Source: a virus (Duplodnaviria > Heunggongvirae > Uroviricota > Caudoviricetes). Taken from it: a stretch of 64,000 nt of DNA. A model generated the notes under the pieces. The model was not told where the DNA came from, made no database searches, and saw only the letters and a list, made by a program, of their open reading frames with translations. The DNA is taken from positions 1 to 64,000 of IMG/VR virus record IMGVR_UViG_3300003973_000001. One strand, 5' to 3'. Below are positions 8,167-16,901 of the stretch, one piece after another (position 1 is the first letter of the stretch; each line of letters begins with the position of its first letter). The position numbers and the translations under genes are program-made.

Positions 8167-8297
8167 AAAAAGTAGCATTGGGCTTAATGGGAATTTTAAC
8201 AGCTTTAACTATGATTGTGAGCGTTCAGTCTAATAGTGATAGTAAGCCTGCATCTCCTACTATTATGATGATGGAACATGGAGACCATGGTGGTTGA
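8163..8297 (+). CDS. phr: Phr-like secreted signalling peptide precursor (44 aa)
   Basis: ATG overlaps the rap stop (ATGA). Translation MKKVALGLMGILTALTMIVSVQSNSDSKPASPTIMMMEHGDHGG has a signal peptide plus a short polar tail. Canonical rap-phr arrangement. Confidence 0.55.
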   Translation: MKKVALGLMGILTALTMIVSVQSNSDSKPASPTIMMMEHGDHGG

Positions 8298-8313
8298 TAA
8301 GAATATAAAATGA

Positions 8314-8365
8314 AATAGCCAACCCACATTATATAGAGTGGGATTGGCTATTATTTTCCTTAAAT
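8314..8365. terminator. bidirectional terminator between phr (+) and the papain-like gene (-)
   Basis: Long hairpin AATAGCCAACCCAC-(11 nt loop)-GTGGGATTGGCTATT with T-runs on both sides. The minus-gene stop codon sits in the loop. Confidence 0.55.
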
Positions 8366-8844
8366 TTCTTTACGTATTTTATAAAATCGTATAGTTGGTT
8401 TGGGGTCATATCTATTCCACGAGTTCCGCCTCTAAGAGAAAGTTCTTTTAAAGTTCCTGCCTCTTCCAATACGACAAATACTAGCTCGGAACATATGTAA
8501 TTATTAGGATTATTAAATTTATTCTTACCCTTTAGCCTTAATAACTTGCTAATCATATACCAGATAATTTGCATATAATCGTATTTTTTACCAACCATTT
8601 TCGTTCCTATATCTACTACCCTACTTCTCTCTTCTTTGTTAAGCTCTAAATCAATTACTTCTATTATATTATATTGTTCCCTATCGAATGGGACTATAGA
8701 AACTCTTGTATCAAAATCCGCCTCCAATATATGAGTATTAGACATGGCGATTGCTACGTGACTAAATGTTCCCTTATCGAAGAATCGTACAGCTTTTGAT
8801 ATAAAGCTTTTGCCTTGTAGAAATACTACGTCACCTTGTTTCAA
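8329..8844 (-). CDS. permuted papain-like (NlpC/P60 superfamily, YiiX/DUF830-like) putative peptidase
   Basis: Pattern MKxGDVVF...SxxI...SHVAIA...YICSELV is typical of permuted papain-fold amidases. Lies in the lysis neighbourhood. Confidence 0.45.
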   Translation of the reverse strand: MKQGDVVFLQGKSFISKAVRFFDKGTFSHVAIAMSNTHILEADFDTRVSIVPFDREQYNIIEVIDLELNKEERSRVVDIGTKMVGKKYDYMQIIWYMISKLLRLKGKNKFNNPNNYICSELVFVVLEEAGTLKELSLRGGTRGIDMTPNQLYDFIKYVKKFKENNSQSHSI

Positions 8845-8858
8845 AGGAATCTCCCTTT

Positions 8859-9140
8859 CTATTTGCGCTTACGATATTTTAATAGCAATGAAAATTCAAT
8901 CGAACATAAAGTTAATGCAATCGTATTTGTAATCATAAATGCCCCTGCTGTATGAAGCACAAACCACATGTAGATAGCATAAGCCTCCATAAATGCTACA
9001 CCTAAACAGATTCCGCCTAGATAGGTTACACTAAAGTCGTCTACCGATTTTGTACGAATGAATTTAATGATTTGAGGAATGTATCCGAAACTCAATATTA
9101 ATCCACCTATTAACTGTAAAGTATTAAAAAATTCTGTCAT
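8859..9140 (-). CDS. PQ-loop (SemiSWEET-like) small membrane protein, putative holin
   Basis: 93 aa with 3 predicted TM segments. GYIPQIIKFIRTK PQ-motif. Adjacent to the endolysin. Confidence 0.45.
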   Translation of the reverse strand: MTEFFNTLQLIGGLILSFGYIPQIIKFIRTKSVDDFSVTYLGGICLGVAFMEAYAIYMWFVLHTAGAFMITNTIALTLCSIEFSLLLKYRKRK

Positions 9141-9235
9141 TATTTATATATCTCCTTATCTTTTCTTCCATTTAAAAGGTTCGAACATAGCGTTAGCTAC
9201 ATCCGAACCAATAGATTAATAAAATCTAAGTTTTA

Positions 9236-10213
9236 TTACTTAACGTGTACGTATGAAGGACTTGCAGTAATGTAGAAATACTTACATCTGTACATCTTAG
9301 AACCGTTAACTGTTAATTCCTCAAGGATTGTAAATGCTTCGCCCTTCGGAACAGTTTTTTCTTTTGCATTCCAATCTGGAGCTGAGTAGACCCATAACTC
9401 TGGAGCATCTACTACAACTAATTTCCCTACATTGCTAGTTTGTCTACGTGCAAAACGAGTGTAGCTAGGGTCTCCATATATCCACTGGTCTCCACCAAGG
9501 TTTAGCCATCCATCCTTTTCTGCCCATACAACATAGTCTTCTGGAGAGTTTAAGTAGCGAATAAATTCTCCACTTGTGCTTGGAGACTTACGCAATTTAA
9601 TGTTAGTACCTTCGATATAAACGATACCTAAACCTTGCGTTCCTGCATCCCCACCGCCAGTTGGAGGAGCGATTGTGTTACCGCCACCAGAGCCATTGCT
9701 GCCTTGAACCATACTCTTGAATCCTTCGAATCCACCAGAACGATTTAAGATTGGTCGTGGGCAATATTTACCAGACCAACGTTGGTGAGGTACTACATTT
9801 CCAATGCCGATACCAGTCTGTCCCATTAAGAACTTAACTAATTTAGCACAGTTTGCTAATGCTTTCTCAAAGTTGCCATCTGAGTTTTCAGCAGTTTCGA
9901 TACCGATTGATTGGCGATTACCTGTTCCACTGCCACCATCTCCTGCATGCCAACCATTTTCATTAAGTGGTAAATGCTGAATGATACGTTTGTCATCTAC
10001 TGTAAAGTGCCAAGACACTCCTGCCGAACCGCCACCATTGTTAACAAAGTTAGAGTGAGCTAAAGCATCTGCTCCTTTGTCAGTGTTTTCAGTTGTATGA
10101 ACTGTAATGTACTTAGCTGTCATTGCATGTGCAGGACGATTACTATTACCCTTTGGAATTTCTCTAACTTCGAAAGGTACTCCACCAATGCTTGATACGT
10201 TTAAAAATGTCAT
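9236..10213 (-). CDS. endolysin: N-acetylmuramoyl-L-alanine amidase (Amidase_2/PGRP) with SH3b-like C-terminal binding domain
   Basis: Amidase_2 signature residues (H..H...E, CPRP) in the N-terminal 160 aa. C-terminal W/Y-rich SH3-like module. Confidence 0.85.
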   Translation of the reverse strand: MTFLNVSSIGGVPFEVREIPKGNSNRPAHAMTAKYITVHTTENTDKGADALAHSNFVNNGGGSAGVSWHFTVDDKRIIQHLPLNENGWHAGDGGSGTGNRQSIGIETAENSDGNFEKALANCAKLVKFLMGQTGIGIGNVVPHQRWSGKYCPRPILNRSGGFEGFKSMVQGSNGSGGGNTIAPPTGGGDAGTQGLGIVYIEGTNIKLRKSPSTSGEFIRYLNSPEDYVVWAEKDGWLNLGGDQWIYGDPSYTRFARRQTSNVGKLVVVDAPELWVYSAPDWNAKEKTVPKGEAFTILEELTVNGSKMYRCKYFYITASPSYVHVK

Positions 10214-10260
10214 ATAAATCTCCTTCTCTTGCTCTTTGGCAAGCTCTTATTTTTGTTTTA

Positions 10261-10292
10261 TATATAATAGGAAGAAACTCGGTTTAAATCGG
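10261..10292 (+). promoter_or_regulatory. TATATAATAGGAAGAAACTCGGTTTAAATCGG element (copy 2), antisense within the minus-strand late block
   Basis: 30-bp similarity to the copy at 55133. Preceded by hairpin CTTGC-TCTTTG-GCAAG plus a T-run. Confidence 0.4.
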
Positions 10293-10310
10293 CTCTCCCT
10301 ATTGATATCT

Positions 10311-10329
10311 CTGCAATACTTTTGTTTAA
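10311..10329 (-). promoter_or_regulatory. 19-bp motif class A (upstream of endolysin)
   Basis: Plus-strand ctgcaatacttttgtttaa. Confidence 0.55.
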
Positions 10330-10333
10330 TAAT

Positions 10334-10972
10334 CTATTTTGTATAAGTGATTTTTAACTGAGGCGCACCCCAATCACCATATCCATTGAAGATACCGTAG
10401 TATTCTCCGTTACCAGTATTAGCAAATATACTAACACCTTTATAATAGCCATCTCGAATCCCATAACCTAGAGCTACTGGAAGGTTAACCCATCCTGCAC
10501 TTCCGCGATTATAGAACTTCTGATAAGCTTTACCATATTCTGAATGGCTGAATGTATTTGGCTTACTGCCATGATTGTGGAATCCTGCGACTACAGTACC
10601 ACCTGCATAATAGTACCAATGCTCATTCTGTAAATACAACTCTACCTTATCGATACGCGCTCCTTGTAATTCGTTACGGATTCTTGAACCGTCATCAAAT
10701 CCAATTAGAGAACGCATGATTCCCCAAGGCTCATAAACATATCGACCTTGACAAATCTTTTCTGAGCGATAATCGGTACGTTTTGTACCTGCTTCACGAT
10801 AAGTTTGAGTAAATGTACAACCCCACGTTTTTGTATATGTTTGAGAGGTCATATTAGACCATCCAGAGCCATTCCATTTATACACTTTAGCATCTTGCCA
10901 ACTAGAGCCATTCCATGCCTTCACGCTTGCATCGTACCATTCAGAACCGCTCCATCTTTTGATATTACTCAC
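10334..10972 (-). CDS. hypothetical W/G/Y-rich protein (tail fibre or wall-binding associated)
   Basis: ORF. Repeated WNGS-type motifs. Confidence 0.5.
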   Translation of the reverse strand: MSNIKRWSGSEWYDASVKAWNGSSWQDAKVYKWNGSGWSNMTSQTYTKTWGCTFTQTYREAGTKRTDYRSEKICQGRYVYEPWGIMRSLIGFDDGSRIRNELQGARIDKVELYLQNEHWYYYAGGTVVAGFHNHGSKPNTFSHSEYGKAYQKFYNRGSAGWVNLPVALGYGIRDGYYKGVSIFANTGNGEYYGIFNGYGDWGAPQLKITYTK

Positions 10973-10987
10973 AACAACACTCCCTCT

Positions 10988-12358
10988 CTACACTTGAATC
11001 CAAATGTCTCCATAAGAAGCGCCAGATGGGGCATCCCCTCGAATATGAAGTCTTTTACCTTGTATTCTAATCTGGTTATTGAATTCCATCATGTTTTCAT
11101 TTCTGTTTGCAGTAAAGAAGTATCTGTCGTTATTCCAGTCGTACATGCCCAATTGTTTTGTATTATTGTTCATATAGAACCCCATACCCTTGTCGCCATC
11201 ATCTGCTCGGAACTTAAGGTCAGTTTCCTTATTCTTACTATTAAATTCCATTCCATACTCTGAAGTAATTACTCCATCATGTCGAACTCTCATATCTCCA
11301 TAGAATTGAGAACGCAGAACTAAAGTTCCGTTAGAATCAACGAATACACGACCAATTTCTCCATTACCGCCTTCTGCGAATACAAGGTCTCCAGAATTCA
11401 TAGAGCCTGCAGGCGCACGAAGAACGATGTCTTTACCATCTGTCATGATAAGATTCTTTTGGAAGTTAGGCTCTTCATCAACCCTAGCAAATTGATTAGC
11501 ATGAATGCCATCTAGCTTATCTGCATCTAAGCCACTTCCACTACCCATTTTCCCTGTATGCCAAACAGAATGTTCTTCTATTCCATCGTAGAACTTTAGA
11601 GTCTTTTTAGTATTAGTGTGAATGACTGTTTGAGCGCTCGTATCACCAATGATAACTGCATTGGCTACGCTGATTCTACCGATATTTATTGCTGAGCCAC
11701 CAGTATTTTTACCAGAGATTGACTGATTGTTTGCTACTGAAAGACCACCACTTAATGAACCGCCAGATAACTTAAGATAAGTATTATCGTGGTTATGATT
11801 AGTAGAATCCTTGCCCAATTGAGCGATAGCTGTCGCATTATCAGATGCTTTCTTTAGAGCTACATCTACCTCTGTTTGAACCTCATTTACTGCGCTTACA
11901 ACGCTAGTTTTATCAGAAGTTTTTAAGCTTGCTATTGAGCCGATGCTCGCATTGATAGTAGCAATTGCATCATTTGTTTTCTTACCGCCTGCGCTCCACG
12001 CACCAACTGTGTTGCCTACGATTGCTCTTTGGTGAGTATCGTTTCCTGCATGGTCGTAAAATGTTTGTAGAGCGACTGTATCTACAGCATCCACCTTCAT
12101 AAGATAAGTAGTTGTAGTCACCATACCAGACGGAGAATTTGTACAACCTTTAACTCGGTATAATCCATTCTCTTTGACTGTATTTAGGTTAACGCCTTGT
12201 AGTAGTTTACCTAGAAGGAACATTTCATTAAAATCTGATGTGATACCGCTAGTACCAACGATTTTAACCTGTTCCGCTTGTGTTTCATAATGGAGAGTAT
12301 CATAATCTGTTCCATTATGGATTTTAGCTTTAGACTTTTTAATTACCAAGTCTATCAT
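10988..12358 (-). CDS. putative tail fibre / receptor-binding protein
   Basis: 456 aa, G/S/T/N-rich beta-type sequence. Position is distal in the tail module. Confidence 0.5.
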   Translation of the reverse strand: MIDLVIKKSKAKIHNGTDYDTLHYETQAEQVKIVGTSGITSDFNEMFLLGKLLQGVNLNTVKENGLYRVKGCTNSPSGMVTTTTYLMKVDAVDTVALQTFYDHAGNDTHQRAIVGNTVGAWSAGGKKTNDAIATINASIGSIASLKTSDKTSVVSAVNEVQTEVDVALKKASDNATAIAQLGKDSTNHNHDNTYLKLSGGSLSGGLSVANNQSISGKNTGGSAINIGRISVANAVIIGDTSAQTVIHTNTKKTLKFYDGIEEHSVWHTGKMGSGSGLDADKLDGIHANQFARVDEEPNFQKNLIMTDGKDIVLRAPAGSMNSGDLVFAEGGNGEIGRVFVDSNGTLVLRSQFYGDMRVRHDGVITSEYGMEFNSKNKETDLKFRADDGDKGMGFYMNNNTKQLGMYDWNNDRYFFTANRNENMMEFNNQIRIQGKRLHIRGDAPSGASYGDIWIQV

Positions 12359-12367
12359 TCTCCTTTC

Positions 12368-12754
12368 TTATTCAATCTCTAATATTACGTTTATTGGCAT
12401 TTGCAATTCTTCATCCCATAACTGCTCTATAGAACTTACAATTCTATTTTCAACGTCATCATAGATATGGAACATATCTTGATTAATAGATGAGATTACG
12501 CCTTGAACAATCTTCTGGGCATTGTTATTTCCGATATCCTGCACGATTACAATGTCGTCAATATCAACAAATGAAACTAGATTATGAGGTATAATACATT
12601 CAGATTCACTGCCAAATACTTCAACTACACATCGTAAACCTTTTACATCTCTTACAATGCCAGTGTATGACTTTGTAAAGTTTACATTTTTAAGTCTTTC
12701 ACCTGCTAAAATCCGTACAGTTTCTAGCAGGCTATTTTGGATATCCTTCATCAC
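12368..12754 (-). CDS. hypothetical protein (paralog of the next gene)
   Basis: ORF. Shares the C..VE..G.E..C..P..L......D.V.VQD..NN..K..VQ pattern with 12751..13026. Confidence 0.5.
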   Translation of the reverse strand: MMKDIQNSLLETVRILAGERLKNVNFTKSYTGIVRDVKGLRCVVEVFGSESECIIPHNLVSFVDIDDIVIVQDIGNNNAQKIVQGVISSINQDMFHIYDDVENRIVSSIEQLWDEELQMPINVILEIE

Positions 12755-13026
12755 TGTTTCGTACCAATCTTACTTTGCACGAATTTTTTAACACTGTTGT
12801 TATACAGGTCTTGCACAATAACAATATCTCCTACACCTATTTCCGTATGGAGATGCTCTGGTACTTTGCATGTTTCCTCATTCCCATATAACTCTACAAT
12901 GCAATCAAAGCCCATTAATTTCTTAACAAGACCAACATGAGAAGATGTGTAAGATGTACTCTTAACCGCCTCATCTACCATGATTTGAATTGCATCTATT
13001 AAACTAGTTTGTAGGTTTTTGTCCAC
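12751..13026 (-). CDS. hypothetical protein (tandem paralog)
   Basis: ORF. Overlaps the previous gene by 4 nt. Confidence 0.5.
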   Translation of the reverse strand: MDKNLQTSLIDAIQIMVDEAVKSTSYTSSHVGLVKKLMGFDCIVELYGNEETCKVPEHLHTEIGVGDIVIVQDLYNNSVKKFVQSKIGTKQ

Positions 13027-13040
13027 CTTACATCACCTCT

Positions 13041-13733
13041 TTAGTCAATAATTTCAATCCACATTAGACCTTCTTGCTGAACAGCAGGAGCAGTTTTACT
13101 TGCAATAAATCTATCAAACAAGAACCAATACGTCACATCAGTAGGCGCTTTACCTGCTGTCGTGTCTTTAGAGCAATAGAATAAGTTCCCTTGATAAGAT
13201 ACTGCATCCCCTACTTTGTAAGTAGCAGTTGCGCTGTATTGCCCACGATAATAGGTATTTAATCCAACGTCACCCTTATCACCTTTTGTAGAAACCTTTT
13301 GCCAGTAGCCAGTGTTTGTTGGAACTGTACCTGCAGGCGTATTCTTTGTACATAAGTACAGGTCGCCATTATACGTAACCATATTTTGAAACTTGTATCC
13401 TACAGATGCACTGTATACGCCTTTATGAACAAAGTCATTTACGTATGTAGCCCACTCTGCTTGCTTCGTATTAATGTATCCATCTACCTTATCTTTAAAG
13501 AACGTTTCTACATTGACGATACAATCAGCCATCTTATTAAACGTTTCTGGAGTAATAATATAGCTATTTAATTGAGATGTTAAACCATTCAATTCATTTT
13601 GCTCCGTCTGATTTAACGTAGGCTTAAGCTTTAATTCTTGATATCGCTTAGCTTGATTAAACTTACTAGGAGGCATGTCAAAAAGTTCGACAAATGAATC
13701 TACTTTACTTGGAAATTGACTTCTATTAGCCAA
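13041..13733 (-). CDS. tail-associated protein
   Basis: TTG start after AAAGGA RBS. Preceded by motif, hairpin, motif. Confidence 0.5.
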   Translation of the reverse strand: MANRSQFPSKVDSFVELFDMPPSKFNQAKRYQELKLKPTLNQTEQNELNGLTSQLNSYIITPETFNKMADCIVNVETFFKDKVDGYINTKQAEWATYVNDFVHKGVYSASVGYKFQNMVTYNGDLYLCTKNTPAGTVPTNTGYWQKVSTKGDKGDVGLNTYYRGQYSATATYKVGDAVSYQGNLFYCSKDTTAGKAPTDVTYWFLFDRFIASKTAPAVQQEGLMWIEIID

Positions 13734-13748
13734 AATACTTCATCCTTT

Positions 13749-13767
13749 CTGCAAATCTTTCGTTTAA
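13749..13767 (-). promoter_or_regulatory. 19-bp motif class B (TTAAACGAAAGATTTGCAG)
   Basis: Plus-strand ctgcaaatctttcgtttaa, 15 nt before the TTG start. Confidence 0.55.
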
Positions 13768-13826
13768 TAACCTCCATACGACACTACTTAAATGTCTACT
13801 ACCATGATATCATATATTGGAGGTTA

Positions 13827-13846
13827 TTGCAATACTTTTGTTTTAA
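13827..13846 (-). promoter_or_regulatory. 19-bp motif class A, directly after the stop of the upstream gene
   Basis: ttgcaatacttttgttttaa. Separated from the class-B copy by a 9-bp-stem hairpin (13776-13826). Confidence 0.55.
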
Positions 13847-13848
13847 AT

Positions 13849-15966
13849 TTATGGACGGTCAAAATCAACAGAAAATCCATAAGATGTGATACCATTTGCT
13901 TCACTATTTTTGAAAATATCTTCAGCATTTAATGGAATTGTTCCGCGATGGTCTGAGCCACCGATTGAACCAGTATCTAATTCGTCACCTGTTAAATTTA
14001 GCGATACGCCTGTCTTTACATAATTAACTGCATTAGCAGAGAAGTTATTTACAAAGTCTGCAAATGTTCCAAACGGTGTATGAGCCACAATGGCATCCTT
14101 AATTAATTCATTCGCCTTATAACCCTTCTTATCAGAATCCTTTATGTGCTTCATAATATCCTTCATAGTTTTACCACTAGAAAGCTTCTTATCTAAATAC
14201 TTCATGATAATGTATCCTGCTCCATAATCATCTGATAAGCTTTCCCATTGTCCACCGTTCAACAACTTTGTAGCTCTTGTAATTAAAGCATCCAGTCTCG
14301 TGTCGGAAATTTTACCGCCCTCAACAATAATAGTCTTTAATCGCTCATCAGCCCCATGAATAAACTCACCAGAACCCTCTTTAAACCATTCTTGCATATA
14401 CATCGTTTTATCCATACCGAATGAGCTATTCATAACAGCATGAACCATTTCGTGACCGAGAATACGGTCATTGTGGTCGCCTTTGCCCAGTTCGTTATCT
14501 CCACTCTCTCCTACTCCTGTGCCGAAATCTGCTAGGTCAATAGTTAAGGTTTGGATATCGAACCCTAAGTACCCAGTTACATATGCTGTAGTGCCACCTA
14601 CTGATTGATGTTCGAATCTCACAAACATCTTGGAATTATTCCCTTCTAATCCATAGAAATCTTTAACTCTCTTTTCTCCTAATGAGAGCCATCCCTTATT
14701 TTCAATACCATCGATAACTAGTTCGATAGCTTCCTTGTATTTCTCAGAGGCATCTTCCCCATCAAAAGCAGTATCATAATACATCTTATGACAGCCTATC
14801 TGCATCGTGTCGCTAACTCCTAGACCAAGAGAAATTGAATCAATAAGATATTCTTCAAGTTCTTTCGTGGCATGGTTTGTTACGAGAATAATGTTATTAG
14901 CATCTAGGTAATAGATAGGTAGCGAATCAATATTTAGCTTTTCTTGCATATTACTATTCTTAAACAACTCAAATCTAGCGCGAGATTGACATTGCTCTGG
15001 AAGACTATAATTGCCATCAGATACAACCATCTTTCTTAATCCGATTTCATCCTCATGAAAAGGAGATTCTATATTCGTAATAGACGATTCTGCCTTAGGT
15101 GCAATGCCTGTTGTACTATTTACTTGACCAACTACAACCACTTTATTTTTGACACTCTTATACGAAAATGTTTCAGAGAAGCTCGTGATTAAATCACCTT
15201 CGTCTGAGAAATTCCACATAGTAGGCTCTCCGCCTTTTCTCTGGATTTTCATCTTTCTAAAAATGAACTTACCACTTACATCGTAGAAGGCTTCCCAATC
15301 CATATATAAGTCTCTTATTTTTGTAATCATGTCTACAACGTTTTGACCTTCATTAAACTCCAATGTGTAAGGAACTGTGAGGTCTGTCCACTCTATAGAC
15401 GTATTAAATTCTCCATTCTGATTCAACACCATGCTCATTGCAATATGAATAGGTGTACCTGCAGGAATTACAACTTTATTTTCTAAAGGTGAATCTTCCC
15501 ATTTCATCATATAATCCTGTAAGTTGATTGTGATTGAGCGACTGTCATTCCCAATACTTATGCTAGGCTCTGTAATAAAGAATGTTCCTAAACAGAAATG
15601 TGTAACTGTATTATCTTGTGTTGCCAAATTCTCGACACCTGCATAAACACGAAGTTTATTCGTCATCCATAAGAGACTCTGTCTTCTTGGAAGTAGAGAA
15701 TCAAAGAGGACGAAGGACAGAGAACCTGTCCGTCTAATTAAGCTACCGCCCTCAATATTGATATTCCCACCTGTCGATAAGCCTTGAATCGTCTCAATGA
15801 CCTTATCGCTCTTATCAATCACCTCTACAGTGATATGAAGTCTTCTAATGGATTGTAAATGCAAGTTCGCATATTCGACTATCTTACTATGAACATCTTG
15901 ATTGTTCATAACGATATTTCCTTGAATATAATTGCTAGATTGCACTCTCAATCTCTCCTTCGTCAT
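13849..15966 (-). CDS. tail protein with HExxH zinc-metallopeptidase motif (Tal-like / tail endopeptidase candidate)
   Basis: 705 aa. GHEMVHAV motif. Confidence 0.55.
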   Translation of the reverse strand: MTKERLRVQSSNYIQGNIVMNNQDVHSKIVEYANLHLQSIRRLHITVEVIDKSDKVIETIQGLSTGGNINIEGGSLIRRTGSLSFVLFDSLLPRRQSLLWMTNKLRVYAGVENLATQDNTVTHFCLGTFFITEPSISIGNDSRSITINLQDYMMKWEDSPLENKVVIPAGTPIHIAMSMVLNQNGEFNTSIEWTDLTVPYTLEFNEGQNVVDMITKIRDLYMDWEAFYDVSGKFIFRKMKIQRKGGEPTMWNFSDEGDLITSFSETFSYKSVKNKVVVVGQVNSTTGIAPKAESSITNIESPFHEDEIGLRKMVVSDGNYSLPEQCQSRARFELFKNSNMQEKLNIDSLPIYYLDANNIILVTNHATKELEEYLIDSISLGLGVSDTMQIGCHKMYYDTAFDGEDASEKYKEAIELVIDGIENKGWLSLGEKRVKDFYGLEGNNSKMFVRFEHQSVGGTTAYVTGYLGFDIQTLTIDLADFGTGVGESGDNELGKGDHNDRILGHEMVHAVMNSSFGMDKTMYMQEWFKEGSGEFIHGADERLKTIIVEGGKISDTRLDALITRATKLLNGGQWESLSDDYGAGYIIMKYLDKKLSSGKTMKDIMKHIKDSDKKGYKANELIKDAIVAHTPFGTFADFVNNFSANAVNYVKTGVSLNLTGDELDTGSIGGSDHRGTIPLNAEDIFKNSEANGITSYGFSVDFDRP

Positions 15967-16888
15967 TAAATGTAAACTTGCCTAATTCAGCAGTTGAAAT
16001 CAAATCGTTCTTCAGCATATTGCCAAAGTTTAATTCGCCAATCTCTGTATAGTCAAATGATACCGATGCCAAATCTCTTAAAGCGCCTTCCTTATGTTGA
16101 GATGAAACGTTTTGCGTAGCCACCAGAATAAGAACTCCACTATCCATTCGTAATACTTTTGCTTTATGGTTATTTAAGAAGTCAAGCCAGTCTTGACGAT
16201 TGATTTGCTCTGCCAACTTATCAATTCCTCCGCCTGCCATAGCAATTGTTTCTCTAGACAATGGTAAGGTTGATAAGTTACCGCTTCTGTAATTACTGTT
16301 ACCAAATGTTACAATTGGATACGCACCATTAATAGGTTGATTTATGCTAGAAGCTTGGTTGTACGCTACATCTCCTAGTGAGATGTCGTATTCAAGTCTC
16401 TTGTTTTCTTTTCTATCAGTCAGGAAGATACCTTCGTACTCAGACTTAATCTGGTCTGATTTAAGCATATCCCCAATAACTTCATTCGCTACTGGAACAA
16501 TTGCGTACTGGTATGTAGCTCCATTCTGGACATATCTATCAATGTAGTTGTATACATTATACTCTTTGTTGTAATCGAATTGTGCGACTAAGTCCCACTT
16601 GTTACTTCCGTATACAGAGCGATATAGCTGAATGTGAGTTACTTTAAATCCTTCTGCACCAATAGAACCTGCATCTAAGTCTCCTGTAAATTTGGAGTCC
16701 ATGATAGTAGTTAGCGTCCACATAAATGGCTTCGCTGTGTCATTCGCGATTTGCGTGTTTAAATCGATATAGATTTCATCGTAAGTACCTTCGTTGATAT
16801 TTAACTCATCCATCATATCTGTACACACTGGCGTATCAAATATAGTTCCACCATGCTCATAATTGAAGAAATTATATCCAATAATCAC
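15935..16888 (-). CDS. tail protein
   Basis: ORF in the tail module. Confidence 0.5.
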   Translation of the reverse strand: MIIGYNFFNYEHGGTIFDTPVCTDMMDELNINEGTYDEIYIDLNTQIANDTAKPFMWTLTTIMDSKFTGDLDAGSIGAEGFKVTHIQLYRSVYGSNKWDLVAQFDYNKEYNVYNYIDRYVQNGATYQYAIVPVANEVIGDMLKSDQIKSEYEGIFLTDRKENKRLEYDISLGDVAYNQASSINQPINGAYPIVTFGNSNYRSGNLSTLPLSRETIAMAGGGIDKLAEQINRQDWLDFLNNHKAKVLRMDSGVLILVATQNVSSQHKEGALRDLASVSFDYTEIGELNFGNMLKNDLISTAELGKFTFNDEGEIESAI

Positions 16889-16901
16889 ATTATCACCTCT
16901 C

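Noticed and set aside
10805-11263. 152-aa plus-strand ORF
   Set aside because: It is antisense to two well-supported minus-strand tail genes and has no RBS.
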